This document shows, piece after piece, positions 1 to 11,556 of a stretch of DNA of 64,000 bases (the first letter of the stretch is position 1; each line of letters starts with the position of its first letter). The notes beneath the pieces were generated by a model, which was not told where the DNA came from, made no database searches, and was given only the letters and a program-made list of their open reading frames with translations. The DNA is taken from assembly GCA_035084275.1 (NCBI GenBank), contig CM068764.1, positions 7,812,001 through 7,876,000 on the forward strand, in the 5' to 3' direction. The translations under genes were made by a program, and so were the position numbers. Origin of the DNA: Hydrolagus colliei (taxonomy: Eukaryota).

Positions 1-41
1 GATGTGAAAAGCGCTATATCAAATGCAAGGATTATTATTAA
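1..41 (+). mobile_element. 3' tail of the main tRNA-SINE, cut by window edge
   Basis: GTGAAAAGCGCTATATCAAATGCAAGG(ATT)n, identical to the tail of full-length copies. Confidence 0.85.
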
Positions 42-224
42 TCCAGAGGAATTTGTATAAAAAGCACAGCTCTATCTAATCAGGACTAGAACTGGGGAGG
101 GTTGGGAGGCGGCGAGGGATGGGATTTAAAAAAGAATTGGGGTTTAATAATAAGACAATTCTTGTATTTCCTGTGAACTCTCTCACACTGGGGAGGATGT
201 CTCAGAGAGCTTTACAGGATTTAT

Positions 225-531
225 AACAACTTAGCATTTATATAGCGTGCTTCACACGATGTAGTATCTCGGAGGACTCCTTTAAAGTGGGGTGACTGTG
301 TATTGCGAGAGCGAAGACAGCAGCCAATCCCGCAAACAGCCTTGAAGTGAGTGACCAATTTGATTTGGGGGTTTATTGGCCTGGACACCGAGTTAGGGAA
401 ATTCCTTTCTATTTGTGAATAGCGCTGTAGTGATCTTTAATGTCCGCCTGAATAGGGCACAGACCCTAGTTTAATGTGTGATGCGAAGGACCGCGCCTCT
501 GCCTCCGACAGAGCTTCGCACCCAGCACTGA
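225..531 (-). mobile_element. Old Deu-domain SINE remnant (SacSINE1/AmnSINE-like)
   Basis: Diverged Deu-like blocks TATTGGCCTGGACACCG...GATCTTTAATGTCCGCCTGA...GTTTAATGTGTGATGCGAAGGA...CCTCCGACAG, preceded by an L2-type tail ACAACTTAGCATTTATATAGCG. Confidence 0.65.
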
Positions 532-545
532 AAACATTTAAAATT

Positions 546-750
546 ATAATAATAATAATCCTTGCATTTGACAGAGCGCTTTTCACGTCTTCTGCTAGAC
601 GTCTCAAAGCGCTTCACAGAATATACTGTAAAGTGAATTGACTGTATATGTTCGTGAAACGCGGCAGCCAATTGCACACAGCTGCATCCCCACAAACAGT
701 GACGGATTGAAATGACCAATTTTTATTATGTTTGTTTTTGAACGGATGAT
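546..750 (-). mobile_element. Main tRNA-SINE, 3' half
   Basis: Reverse complement of family body and (ATT)n tail. Confidence 0.85.
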
Positions 751-1169
751 AATTTTATAAATTGCGTTATATTCGCGAAAAGATATGCGCTGGCTGACAT
801 CAGCACACACTCCATTGAAAATGCTGGAGCCATCAGATTAGGGACATATTTGAGTATCTCATCAGTCTGATTCAACTCTGGTGATTAAGTGATTTCTCCA
901 AATCAATAATGCCTGTTGCACATTATTTGATGTCAAACTCTCTTTCAAGGTCTCTTGTAAACCAATTTTACTAAGTGTTCATGTGCAACATGACCTGTAT
1001 TTTGCAGACTCCGAAATCCATTAGGCTTTTAATGGATTTGAGGTGGGGGGGAAAGGAGAAAAGGAAGCTGAGCGACAGATTGTTTGATGTGAAACTCGAG
1101 GCTTCGAAAAATGGATCCGGCTTTTCCTTAATTGCAAAACTAACAATAAATGCAATAATCCAACAGTTG

Positions 1170-1555
1170 AACAACAACAACTTGCATTTATATTGCGTCC
1201 CTCACCCAAGTAGCGTCTCAGAGCGCTTGACAGTGTCAGAGCACGACACCAAGCTGGGGGGTGGGGGGGGGGAGGCCAACAGAAGTACAGTCAAACAGGA
1301 ATTGGCTTTAGCCAGGTCCTGATGATGGTGGAAGGAAGTGGGTTGGGGGAGGGGCAAGGTGGAGGGATTGAGGGAGAGCGTTCCAAAGTTTCGGGGAGTA
1401 GTGACTGAAGGTGCGGCTAGTGTTGTTAAACAGAGCGAAAAGCAGGAGCCAGTCCATGGGTTATGGAGTAGGTAATAAGCAGATCGAAGAGGTAGGGAGA
1501 TCCCAAGGAATGAAAGGGTTTGAAGACGAATGAGAGAACTCCTGTCCTGAATTGA
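1170..1555 (-). mobile_element. LINE2 (L2) 3' remnant
   Basis: (CAA)n-CTTGCATTTATATTGCG tail followed by GAGGGAGAGCGTTCCAAAGTTTCGGG...GACTGAAGG; a related copy lies at 29900-30150. Confidence 0.6.
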
Positions 1556-2082
1556 CCGATATAAATTTCATAAGCCTTCTCAGTCATATCTGTTCTTTTC
1601 ACTTGCCAACTCACCAGGTCGGGACTATTGGGACGGGGGAAGGGGGTGGCTTCACGTAACTTTGCATTCAATTAGAATTGGAGCACCACATATTTACTCA
1701 AGATGAAAACTGCCGGGGTAATGAGTAATATTAACCCAACATATTGGTAGCAGTGAAATTTGGATTGTGGGTTGAATGCCTCTTGTGCTATCAGCTATTA
1801 GTGATGTTCTTTGTGAAGTATCGCTGGAAGATCCATCAATATCCACAGTTACGCTCCAAGACATCAGCAGTAATTGCGCAAGACATCAGGCTTTACAGAG
1901 TGTGAGATTCCCCCAGACTCCAGTGCCTGTACCGGGAGCGCAGAAACGAAGCGTTTAGCAAACGGCAATTTTCTCTGCGACAGTTTTCGGGTTAGAATCA
2001 AACGATCGACTCCACGGGGAGAATTTTGTGTAAAATACTCAACAGAGCTCATCCTCAAATAAGCAATGGCACGGTCATCAAA

Positions 2083-2305
2083 GGAACATAGAGATATAAG
2101 GAAGCCATTCAGCCCCTCGAGCACGTTCTGCCATTCTAATAGATAATGGCTGATCTCTACTTCAACTCCAATTACCCACCTTTGCCCTATATCCCTTGAT
2201 ACCCTGACCTAACAAAACTCTATCCACCTCAGTCTTGAAAATTTTAATGGATCCACAACCTTTTGAGGGAGGAATGGAGAGAGTTTCAGAATTCTACCAC
2301 CCATA
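2083..2305 (-). mobile_element. CR1 LINE 3' remnant
   Basis: GCCATTCAGCCCCTCGAGC...ATGGCTGATCT...TATCCCTTGATACCC motifs of fish/shark CR1 3' ends; homologous to 20848-21255. Confidence 0.7.
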
Positions 2306-3682
2306 AAGCAAATGTTGATTTGCTAACTGCATACTCAGAGGGAATTGCTATAAATTGAAGTTGTTGTTGTTGTTGAGAGGTGTAAAGGATAGCCTGAGAG
2401 TGAGTTCACTCTCTCCACAACTCCACCCACCCCTGCCCCCACTCCCCCCTACTCAGAATCTTGCCCCCATAAACCAGCATAAAGCTGAGACCAGCCACGT
2501 CTGACGATCACACAATTTCAGGTGTAAACAGCAGCCACTTTCCGCACAGTAAGGTCCAGCAAATAGGCATGATTCATTTTTTGGTCTAGAGGATAGTGGG
2601 CCAAGGTTACAGGGGGAAAGACTTCTCAAGTAGCACAGGTACTGCCTGTCGGCTAGGCTAACCTGATCACAGAACTGAAACTTTCTCCAAGGAGCATCGC
2701 CGAAAAGACCGCAGGTCCAACTGAGTGTGTTCTATTGAGCCTCAATTATGTGTTTGCAATGACTGCTGAGACTCGAGTGATTGACATGAAGAACACTTTG
2801 CTCCATAATAAAGTGGCTCCTTGCTAATCCTCAAAAGCCACGTAGGCTTTTAAACCCACATACAATACTCTTGGGTTATTGCAGGTCACATCCCACCAAT
2901 GCCAACCACACTCATGTAGGGTTGGGGGAGGGGGGGTGGGAGTGGGGGGATGATGGTGGGGGGAGGAGGGGAGGAAGGGAGTTGGCGGGGGAGGATGATG
3001 GAAGATTAAGTAAAGAATTTTAATTAAGACGCACAACATCCATAAATCGCTGATGATCTTATGGAATAATTTGGGATGTTTCCGCAGTTTCGAGCAAACA
3101 AGAGATTAGGGGAACAAAATTGACTTCAGACAAGAGTGATGAACTCGCATTGAGGAATCTTTGGGGGAATCTATAAAGTGGTAGGTTTATCAGGCTCCAA
3201 CAAAGATCTTGCACACTGACGATAGGAGACAAATGAGCCATTTTGCTATTAATGTCCTTAACTAACTGTGACAATAATAGGCATATAATGTGTACCAGCA
3301 CATTAATCACATATACTCTAGGATTACAGTCCATATAAATCTTACTGATGTACATTTTCCCCCAATACATTGGAAGTTATTTGCAGTCAGGTATGAATTA
3401 CTGCTCTTTCTAAACCCCAAAATGGATGAAATATAGATTATTGCAAAATTACATCCATAATCCAATCAGCACCAAAAAAAATGTGAGTTACAATAAAACA
3501 AAATATGTCTAAACTATGAGTTATTGACTCTGTTTAAACTGTATGTGTGCGTGTGTAAACACATAATAAGCCATCCGCTTAGGATAGCTCCCTATCACAT
3601 TGTCAAAGTGTGTCACGGAAACTGGAGTAAAATGTGGTGACTCTGTATTTTGAAGGTTGACACGGCTGCCAATTTAATATTA

Positions 3683-3936
3683 ATGATAATAATAATCCTT
3701 GCATTTGAGGTCGCGCTTTTCACGTCTTCTAGACGTCTCAAAGCGCTTCACAGAATATACTGGAAAGTGAATTGATTGTATATTTGTGGGCGAAACGCGG
3801 CAGCCAATTGCTACAAACAGTCGTGGATTGAAATGACCAATTTATTATTGTTTCCTACCCCCCCGCCCCCAGCCGAGGTATTTTTATTAGGCGAGTGGAG
3901 TAAGAAAACTTTCCCAAGGTTTTGCCCTGCCTGGAT
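3683..3936 (-). mobile_element. Main tRNA-SINE, 5'-truncated
   Basis: Family body and tail with small internal deletions. Confidence 0.85.
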
Positions 3937-4047
3937 TTGTGTACAAGAAGCCCTGCGAACAGCCATGGAATGAATGGATCTAATCAGAACAATTTGATCT
4001 GGGTAAATTGGTCAGAACACCGGAAGAGAGAAACTCTACTCTTTCTG

Positions 4048-4200
4048 TATGGGTGCATGTTTGTCTGAGCGTGCGTGCATGCGTGCGTTCATGGGTTTGT
4101 GTGTGTGCGTGCATTTGTGCGTCTGTATGTACTTGCAAATGCGTGTGTGCATTTGTGCGTGCGTGTGAGTGTCTATGCGAGTGCACGCATGCATGGGTGT
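4048..4200. repeat. Degenerate (TG/CG/CA)n alternating purine-pyrimidine tract
   Basis: GTGCGTGCATGCGTGCG...GTGTGTGCGTGCATTTGTGCG repeated over about 150 bp. Confidence 0.85.
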
Positions 4201-5312
4201 TGGCGGAGGGGAACGGAAGCACAGGTCAACCATCTGATTACTCACAATCACCCTGAGCCAAACAAATGCAGTCAAGAGTTTGAGAAAGGTTTGTGTCTTC
4301 AAACTGTGACAAATGTCGATGATAATTCAACAATCTGCAGGCCTCAGATTCAGGGAAAATTCACAGGACGTAGAGAAACCTGGATTTCCAAAGCTCCCTT
4401 TCTTTCCCCGCTGAAATACCGTGGCAACGAAAGGAAAGGACGCATCTGTCTTGCGGTCTCCTTGGGGAGCAACGAGGTAATTAGCGCAAAATAAATCAAG
4501 TGACAGAAATAATTAAATTCGAAAATACATTATGTTATAATCCAATCATTGATTCTTTCATGCATTTTTATGTGGGGTGGGTTGTGGCGAGGGCGGGGTA
4601 GTGGGGGTGGGGTGGGGGAGGGAGAGGAAAGGGGAAATAGCAGAGAACTGGAGAGGGAAATGCAAATGTCATTCTGTTCCCAATCCCTTCTCTAAAAAAA
4701 AATTACGCTCCGACCAAAATGCTCAGCAACTAATTTCTTTCTAATCACCAGAGTACTTTAATAATTTCTGTCTCATTTAACATCATTATTTCAAATGCAC
4801 TTTTGTAGAGGTCAAGGAGGCAGCGATTAATTGTGGTTACTTTACCCCCCCACCCCCTCCACCCGCACTCCCCCCCCTCCCACCTCTATATTGAGAAACG
4901 TACAATGTGTGCTGGTAATGAAGTGATCATTTATAATGCACCCACAAGGATGTACAAGGTGATAATTTCCCTCCAGTGACAACGCCCCGAGACTTGCAAC
5001 TCAACTTGCGTTTGTCAAGCGCCGTGCATGCTCACAAGACGGTGTTGCCGTCCACAGTCACTACACTCAACACTGATTACCTACAAAGGCTCTTTATCAT
5101 GTCTCAAAGTTGTGATAAGGCGCTGAATCAAACGCATGTATTATTATTATTATCATATTTATGATGTTTCGATGCGATAGGAGTTGCATCAAATGCGGAG
5201 GTTCTCAAAGGAGGAGGAGAGAGGAAAGAGCAGGTAATTGGGATTAGAGTATAACAGCTCCAGTTCTCCAATTCTATCCTGGCCTCCCCTGCTCTCTCCT
5301 CCCAGGACTTTT

Positions 5313-5475
5313 GGAGCTCCTGTGACTTAATGGTTAGAGCACTTGTCTTTCAAGCTAGGGAGACCAAGTTGAGGAGCCCTGTGTTCGAATCCAGGCAGGT
5401 CAGGGCGAAACCTTGGGCAAGTTTCCTTACTCCACACGCCTAATAATAATCCGTCACCAAAAAAACCCACACAAC
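5313..5475 (+). mobile_element. Main tRNA-SINE, 5' half with short insertion in the head
   Basis: GGAGCTCCTGTGACTTAATGGTTAGAGCAC...GTGTTCGAATCCAGGCAGGTCAGGGCGAAACCTTGGGCAAG. Confidence 0.85.
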
Positions 5476-6439
5476 TTGTTGTGGCGGTTGTTGTAGGGAG
5501 TAAGGCAAAGTGTGTTGTTACAGGAAGAAGAGAAGGGTGTGATGTGTTCTGACTGTGTGCTTTATAGAGTTAACGGTGCTGCAGAGCACTCGCTTGCTAC
5601 ACGCTTCAAATATTTAGTAACTGCTTCAGTGTCTCGCAGTGTTTTAATGAATACACACACCATTACCATTTCTCTCTCCGGCTTTCAAGGTTACTTTCTT
5701 GATGGCGAGGTTACAAGCGAAGCTGTTGATGCCAGTTTCCATTACTTTGGGCTTGGCTGAGCTGAATCCCATTTGTCAGTCACCCGCGCAGGTACCGAAC
5801 CTCTCTAAATCCCTGCGGATTGCGCTCCCCTTCCCAAAAGAATGTGCCACTTCGTCCGACACATAGCGCGTCAGCAGCAAAAAGCACAGAAAGCAAAGCC
5901 TTACTGACAGCCATCTCGCACCGCTTGTTAATAAGATCACGGGACAATCGCAAGTGCAGGGACAGATCCCTGAGGGGATTTCACCCACCCGTCTTCCCAT
6001 CATTAGAAAGGCCTATTTTAGACACCGCTGAATTCCCACCTCCAGCCAATCGCCCATCCCAACTCGCTGTTTACCTTCAGTTTAATGGACATTAACCTCG
6101 GTGGCGAATATTTATTGGGCAGACAGCCTTGCGACCGGGGTCTGTTTCACTTCCGCGTAGTAACAAACATCTGTAACCTCATTATGTCTGTCTCCAACAT
6201 GCATCCCCGCAGGCCGCAGCCAGAGGGAAATCAAGCGAGATCAAGTAACTGCAGGCCCAGGCATCGGATCCTGTCAATCCACAGGCACTGGGAGGAAAGG
6301 CAGAACCAAGGCACTAGTTTAAAGTTTGACAGCTTTTACAATTATTTAAGACCCTTGCTTCTCATATGTTAATAGGAAACGTAACTTTGTAAACATTTCT
6401 CCTCCCACTTAAAAAATTAAAACCCGTGACCGGGGCTAC

Positions 6440-6620
6440 AATAATAATCATTGCATTCGATATAGTGCTTTTCACATCTACTAGATATCTCAAAGCACTA
6501 CACAGAATATACTGTAAAGTGAATTGACTGTATACTTGTGGGGGGAATATGGCAGCCAATTGTGCACAGCAGCGTCCCCACAAACAGCCCTGGATTGAGG
6601 TGATCAATTTATTATTTTAT
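6440..6620 (-). mobile_element. Main tRNA-SINE, 3' half
   Basis: Family body and tail. Confidence 0.85.
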
Positions 6621-6721
6621 TTTACCAGCTGTTGTTGTATCTTTCTGGTACCTTCCAGTGTATTTTCTGATTATTTCCATATTATTTAGCTCTATCTCTA
6701 TCAAACAGTAGCTTTCCTTAC

Positions 6722-6880
6722 ATTACATCCCGGTTTGACTACACAAATGCCCTGCTTGTCGGCCTTCCCAATTCCTCCCTCCAAAAGTTGCAGATAATCC
6801 AGAACTCTGAGGCCCGTGTCCTCTACCGCTCCAAGCTTCTTGATCCCATCTCCCCCATCCTCCATTGGCTCCCCATCATC
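6722..6880 (+). mobile_element. L2 LINE ORF2 C-terminal fragment
   Basis: In-frame ITSRFDYTNALLVGLPNSSLQKLQIIQNSEARVL...ISPILHWLPI matches the L2-clade motif LDYCN.LL.GLP...LQ..QN.AAR...LHWLP. Confidence 0.85.
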
Positions 6881-9800
6881 CAGAGGAACGGCAGGCAGAG
6901 CCATCCTGTCTTCGCCAACCGCCATCCGGTGAGACTGAGACACTCATTGAGAACCAGCAACAATGGGCCCTTTTCAAATCAAATCGACGTACTGGTGAAG
7001 TGTCTCAGAGCCCAACGCTACTTTCCAAATAAGTCGCTCACTCCCCATCTCCCCAGGGCTCGTTTTCCTGTTAATTGGGTCAGCTTCACAGTGCTGGTTC
7101 CTCGCTCCAGCCCGCCGATAGGTTTCAACCTCGGCTAACATTGAATCCTGCTCGCTGCCCGTGGGTTCCTATTTGCCTCTAGTTCTATCTCGCCCTTTTT
7201 TTTATATTGCTTGTGAATTTTCTTGCAGCTCATTTGTATGTGCTGGAGCCAGTTTGGTCCTAGCTTTCCTCTCTAGTGGTCTAATTAGTCCACACTTTCC
7301 TCACTGTCAGCCCATCATTGCTCTCTGTTAACCATTCCACAGCTGAAAGTGCCGACATGGAAAGGATCATAGATCCCCAAATTCTCAAAGGCCCACAAGA
7401 GGCTGTGAACTTTTATTGAGTGTGTGTGTGTACATGAGTGTGTGTGCGTGGTGGGGGCGGGGGAGAAATATTTAATAGTTAAATGCTTCAGAAGTTAAGT
7501 CATATCATCTCATAGGGGAACTGGCTGGTTCGACAAATTCCTCTTTGCTAAAATGCTTCAGAGAAAAAATCAGACACACCATATCTATATTGCTTGAAGG
7601 GAGGTTGAATGCCCGAGGGTTGTTTTTTTCATATAGATGCATTTTAAATTAATTTATGCTAATAATTTATACACAAAATACTCTTTTAAAAGTGAAGTTA
7701 CTTGATAAATATTCAACAGCACAAAAGATTGCTTGGCAATAGTCTTTCTTAAGGGAACATTGGTTATACAGATTTAATATCAATTAGCTACCATTCACGT
7801 TCAATTATTAATATTTTAATATTAAACCAACATCACTCGCCACAGAATTTTTTAATGTGCAGTATTTGCACAACTCGATTGTTAAACATAATAATCAGAT
7901 GGCTTCCTCGGAGCCGATGTAAAACTCAGAATTTCCATCACTTGTCAACAAACCAAAATACAGCAACAAACGTGCACTTATATAGAGACTTTACGCCAGG
8001 TCTTGCAGGTCTTTCAAGCAGTCTTGATTATTTCGAATGCGGATTTGATCAGATTTATTTTATGAAATAGTATTCTGGGACCCATTGAGCATTTATTAGT
8101 AACCTCACTTGCCAGTTCCTCAGTTGTATTCAATACCTAATGTTCTGAAAATAATTGTTAGGAAGAACGGGTTTAAAATATCAGCACCGGTGACCAATTT
8201 CCTGCCTTACGTTTAGGACATCCTGTGTTACAGACAGGCTGCAGTCATGCATCACTGTTGCCTGGAGAAAATGAGTTGCAGAGATTTGCTTTAAAAGTAT
8301 CTTTACATGTCGCTCTTTTCCATCCAGTTATGTTCTATATCCCAGACTCCAGGGTGACACCAAGCCAGAGAGAGAGAGAAAGAGAGAGACAGAAAAAAAA
8401 ATCGTAGATTTCACCACGAGTGAAAATTATCAGCCGTCATACATTATTGGGCAAACTGGTGATTTATTAATAGAAGCCGATAATTAAAGCTGTCAATTCG
8501 AAAATCCGTAATTTAATCAGGATGTAACGACCTGCGACTTGGCTCGGAAATGGCAGCTGACAGGCGACTACTGTCATGCAAGCTGCTGCTTTCAATTCCT
8601 TGGGTCAAACACGTGACATTTCTTAACGGTTTGCCTTCGTAAAGGATCTGTCAACCTGCGGGAACTCTTGCTCTGGAAGTGAACCGCTTTGGAGTGGAGG
8701 TCAGTATGATTTACTGCTGACATTCAGAAATTGGCGGCGTTGAGTCTTTTCCATATCTCAGATTCCTTATTAAAGAATCGTGTTGAGAAAATACATGAAA
8801 TCACCCCACCCCTCCTCCACCCTACCCCGCCTCCACCCCCGTCTTAGCCTTTTGTGAATGTTTTCATTATTTGGAGTTTACAAAGTCAAGGTTTTTTTTA
8901 AGAAAAAAATAAAAGTAATGTTGGTTTTCTCCTGCGGAGGGAACTGGTGCGCTTGCCAACTTTCTTCCTCACCGCCCTGTGGTGAAACGTCCTGTCCTTG
9001 GGACCTCACTGTTTGAGCCCTTGGTTTTCAACCACACTGGAATACTAATGTGATTGTACATTCAAACAATCAATTCGCTGCTGATGTGCACTGGACTCGT
9101 TCAATAAACATTGTGTCATTCGGACTTGTTCGAAATGGTGAGGCACATACCTGTTTGTACATACATTGAGGAACAAGCCAGAACTTCCACGGTGTATATC
9201 TGGCATAACGTGACCAATACAGGTTAGATTTACTAACTAACCTACCAAGTCTTACCGATCCTCTACCAAGTCTCAAGTTTTGGATTTGCAGTGGTAGGAC
9301 TTGCAAAAGGGTGGCTCCAATTAGCTTTGTGGTACACACACACACACTGGATTTGGGGTGTTAAGCTATCACAGCTGTCACTTGCTGCACCACTGGGCCA
9401 CCGTCCCGCCTGGGGCTTGGTGTTTGATGCAGTGAAACAAACCGACGATGAATTTTATTGCCGCTGTAAGCACCGCTATCAGAGAGCCACAAGACAACTT
9501 GCTCGAGTGGCGATTAGCAAGGTTTATTTTGAACAGGAAGATTTACTCGTCTCTTTGTCAACCGAGCAGAGCGCGCCAGAGCAAGGCAGAACAGGTCACA
9601 GCAAAGAAAAAAAACCATTTGAATGGCTGCCATGCGGACTCAAGAGGATTGTCCTTTTATAATGTACCATCACTAAATCTAATACAGTATATTGTAATTA
9701 AACTAATGCAAAGCACTACTCAGCAAAACTAGCAGCTCCCTGAGCAAAGGCTACAAGGTGTCGGAACATTGGCTTTTTATGATACTCGTGCTCAAGACTA

Positions 9801-10329
9801 AATCACAAGTGGAATTGAGTGTGTGGCAATCTCTTAGCGTAACTCACACACCTCCCAGTGTGATCCATGTGGATGTAGGGCTTGAAGTTAGCAGAAGCTT
9901 TGTGATCAAAGTACAGTAATCAGTTACTGCACAAGCCATTAGGTCTCCAGTACAGTATTCAAGTGATACGTAACAAGTTGGATGCGTTTTGCCACTTATT
10001 CACTTGAAATTGGCAGAACAAATGCATATTAATTGTGGAAATTAAATATTATTGGAACCCTTAAGGCTTAATGATCAAAATGGCACTTGATAAATAACAT
10101 CAATGTGAGCAATTATGTTAGTCCCTGAACCATCACAAATATGACATGTTATCTAAGTGTCTTGGATGCAGATTCTTGGACGGAACAGCATAAAATTCAT
10201 CAGCTCACAGGGTCAAACCGTCTTCTCCAAATCTCTTTGTATTAACATGTCGGTATAATCATAGCAGGCAACTGAGTACAGACAAATAATCTCTTTCACT
10301 CAGCCTTATCCTAAGTCCTGAGTCTATTG

Positions 10330-10620
10330 AGAGTTCTTTATATGAATGAGTTATAGTATACTTAGTTTCCCGAGTATCCTTGTTAACAACTCAGGTACAC
10401 ACTGGCCAGAATGCACTGTAACCAACGGCAGAAGTGAGAAAAGGACATTCAGTCCATTCAATCAGTCCATTCCCCACACCCTCCCAGAAACTACCCTTTT
10501 TTCCTCTGATTCTAGGGGTAAAGTTCAACAACAGTATACCCTGAAACCTAAAGGTGATCAAGCCAACATTCCACATTATCCTTCAACCGATCCTGGGCTA
10601 TCACTGGATCATTTGCTTTG
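10330..10620 (-). mobile_element. Probable CR1-like LINE remnant
   Basis: Degraded 3' end with GGACATTCAGTCCATT motif; weak. Confidence 0.35.
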
Positions 10621-11019
10621 GATAGATGATGGACAGGCTGGTGGTTCAATGGGAGCCTGTTGGGCGAGTTGATGGACTGCCTCACTTTTAGGTACTTCCA
10701 TGCACCAAAACCACGACCACACCACCACAACAGCAACAACTTGTATTTATATTGCGCTCTTCACACAGGGTAGTGACCTCGAAGGCTTAGCCACAACTTT
10801 AACAAACTGTTGCTGTAACTTTTTGGACCAAAAAATATATGTACATCTCATTCAACCTCAACAGCAAATGTCCTCAATGTTCCACCCAGTGTTTGATTAG
10901 TTTTCTTGAGAGCAATTTCAAATTGACTGCAGGGAATGATCAATAAGCATACCCAATGCATTTTCCTTCCCTATCTCTGCTAATGGGCACTCCTTTATAC
11001 AGTGTGTGTGTTTGCTATT

Positions 11020-11095
11020 TCTGGCTGCACTATGCATTACCTTGCATTTATCTGCATTAAATTCCAACTGCCACTCGTCGACTCATCAGCAATTC
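11020..11095 (-). mobile_element. CR1 LINE reverse-transcriptase fragment
   Basis: Minus-strand translation WQLEFNADKCKVMH, the conserved CR1 RT motif. Confidence 0.8.
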
Positions 11096-11369
11096 TCAGC
11101 CAGGGCTGGAACCATTCCATCAGGAGCTACTGCTTTCAACAAAGGAGCTCTGAGCTTCACTCACTGGTACTTAATCAAGCAATGGATCTCTCTCTCTCTC
11201 TCTCTGTCTCTTTTTCTCTCTCTCTGCAGTGTGCGCTGAGTTCAGCTTTTATTTTATTTTTAAATTAAATGTAGTGCACATGATAGCCAAGAAGTGAAAT
11301 GGACATGAGGTTCAACTCACAGGTGCCATCTCCTCTCTGTGGCGAACGCTTTACTCACTGGTAAAATAA

Positions 11370-11556
11370 GCTAATAAATTGATCACTTCAATCTCCGGCT
11401 CTTTGTGGGGACACTGCTGGACGCAACCGGCTGCCGTGATTCGCCCACGAATATATACAGTCAATTCACTTTACGGTATATTCTGTGAAGCGCTTTGAGA
11501 CATCTAGATGATGTGAAAAAGCACTATATCAAATGCGAGGATTATTATTATTATTA
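11370..11556 (+). mobile_element. Main tRNA-SINE, 3' half
   Basis: Family body and (ATT)n tail. Confidence 0.85.

Noticed and set aside
471-810. Recurrent short ORFs (TVNSLYSIFCEAL, KCKDYYY, GETLGKFPYST) suggesting a peptide family
   Set aside because: They are translations of SINE copies with inconsistent frames and stops.
2918-2996. G-quadruplex-capable tract (others near 4570, 27875, 60455)
   Set aside because: Such G/C runs are frequent throughout the window and show no positional pattern.
3980-4494. Overlapping Cys/Val- and His/Thr-rich ORFs
   Set aside because: Artefacts of the dinucleotide tract.
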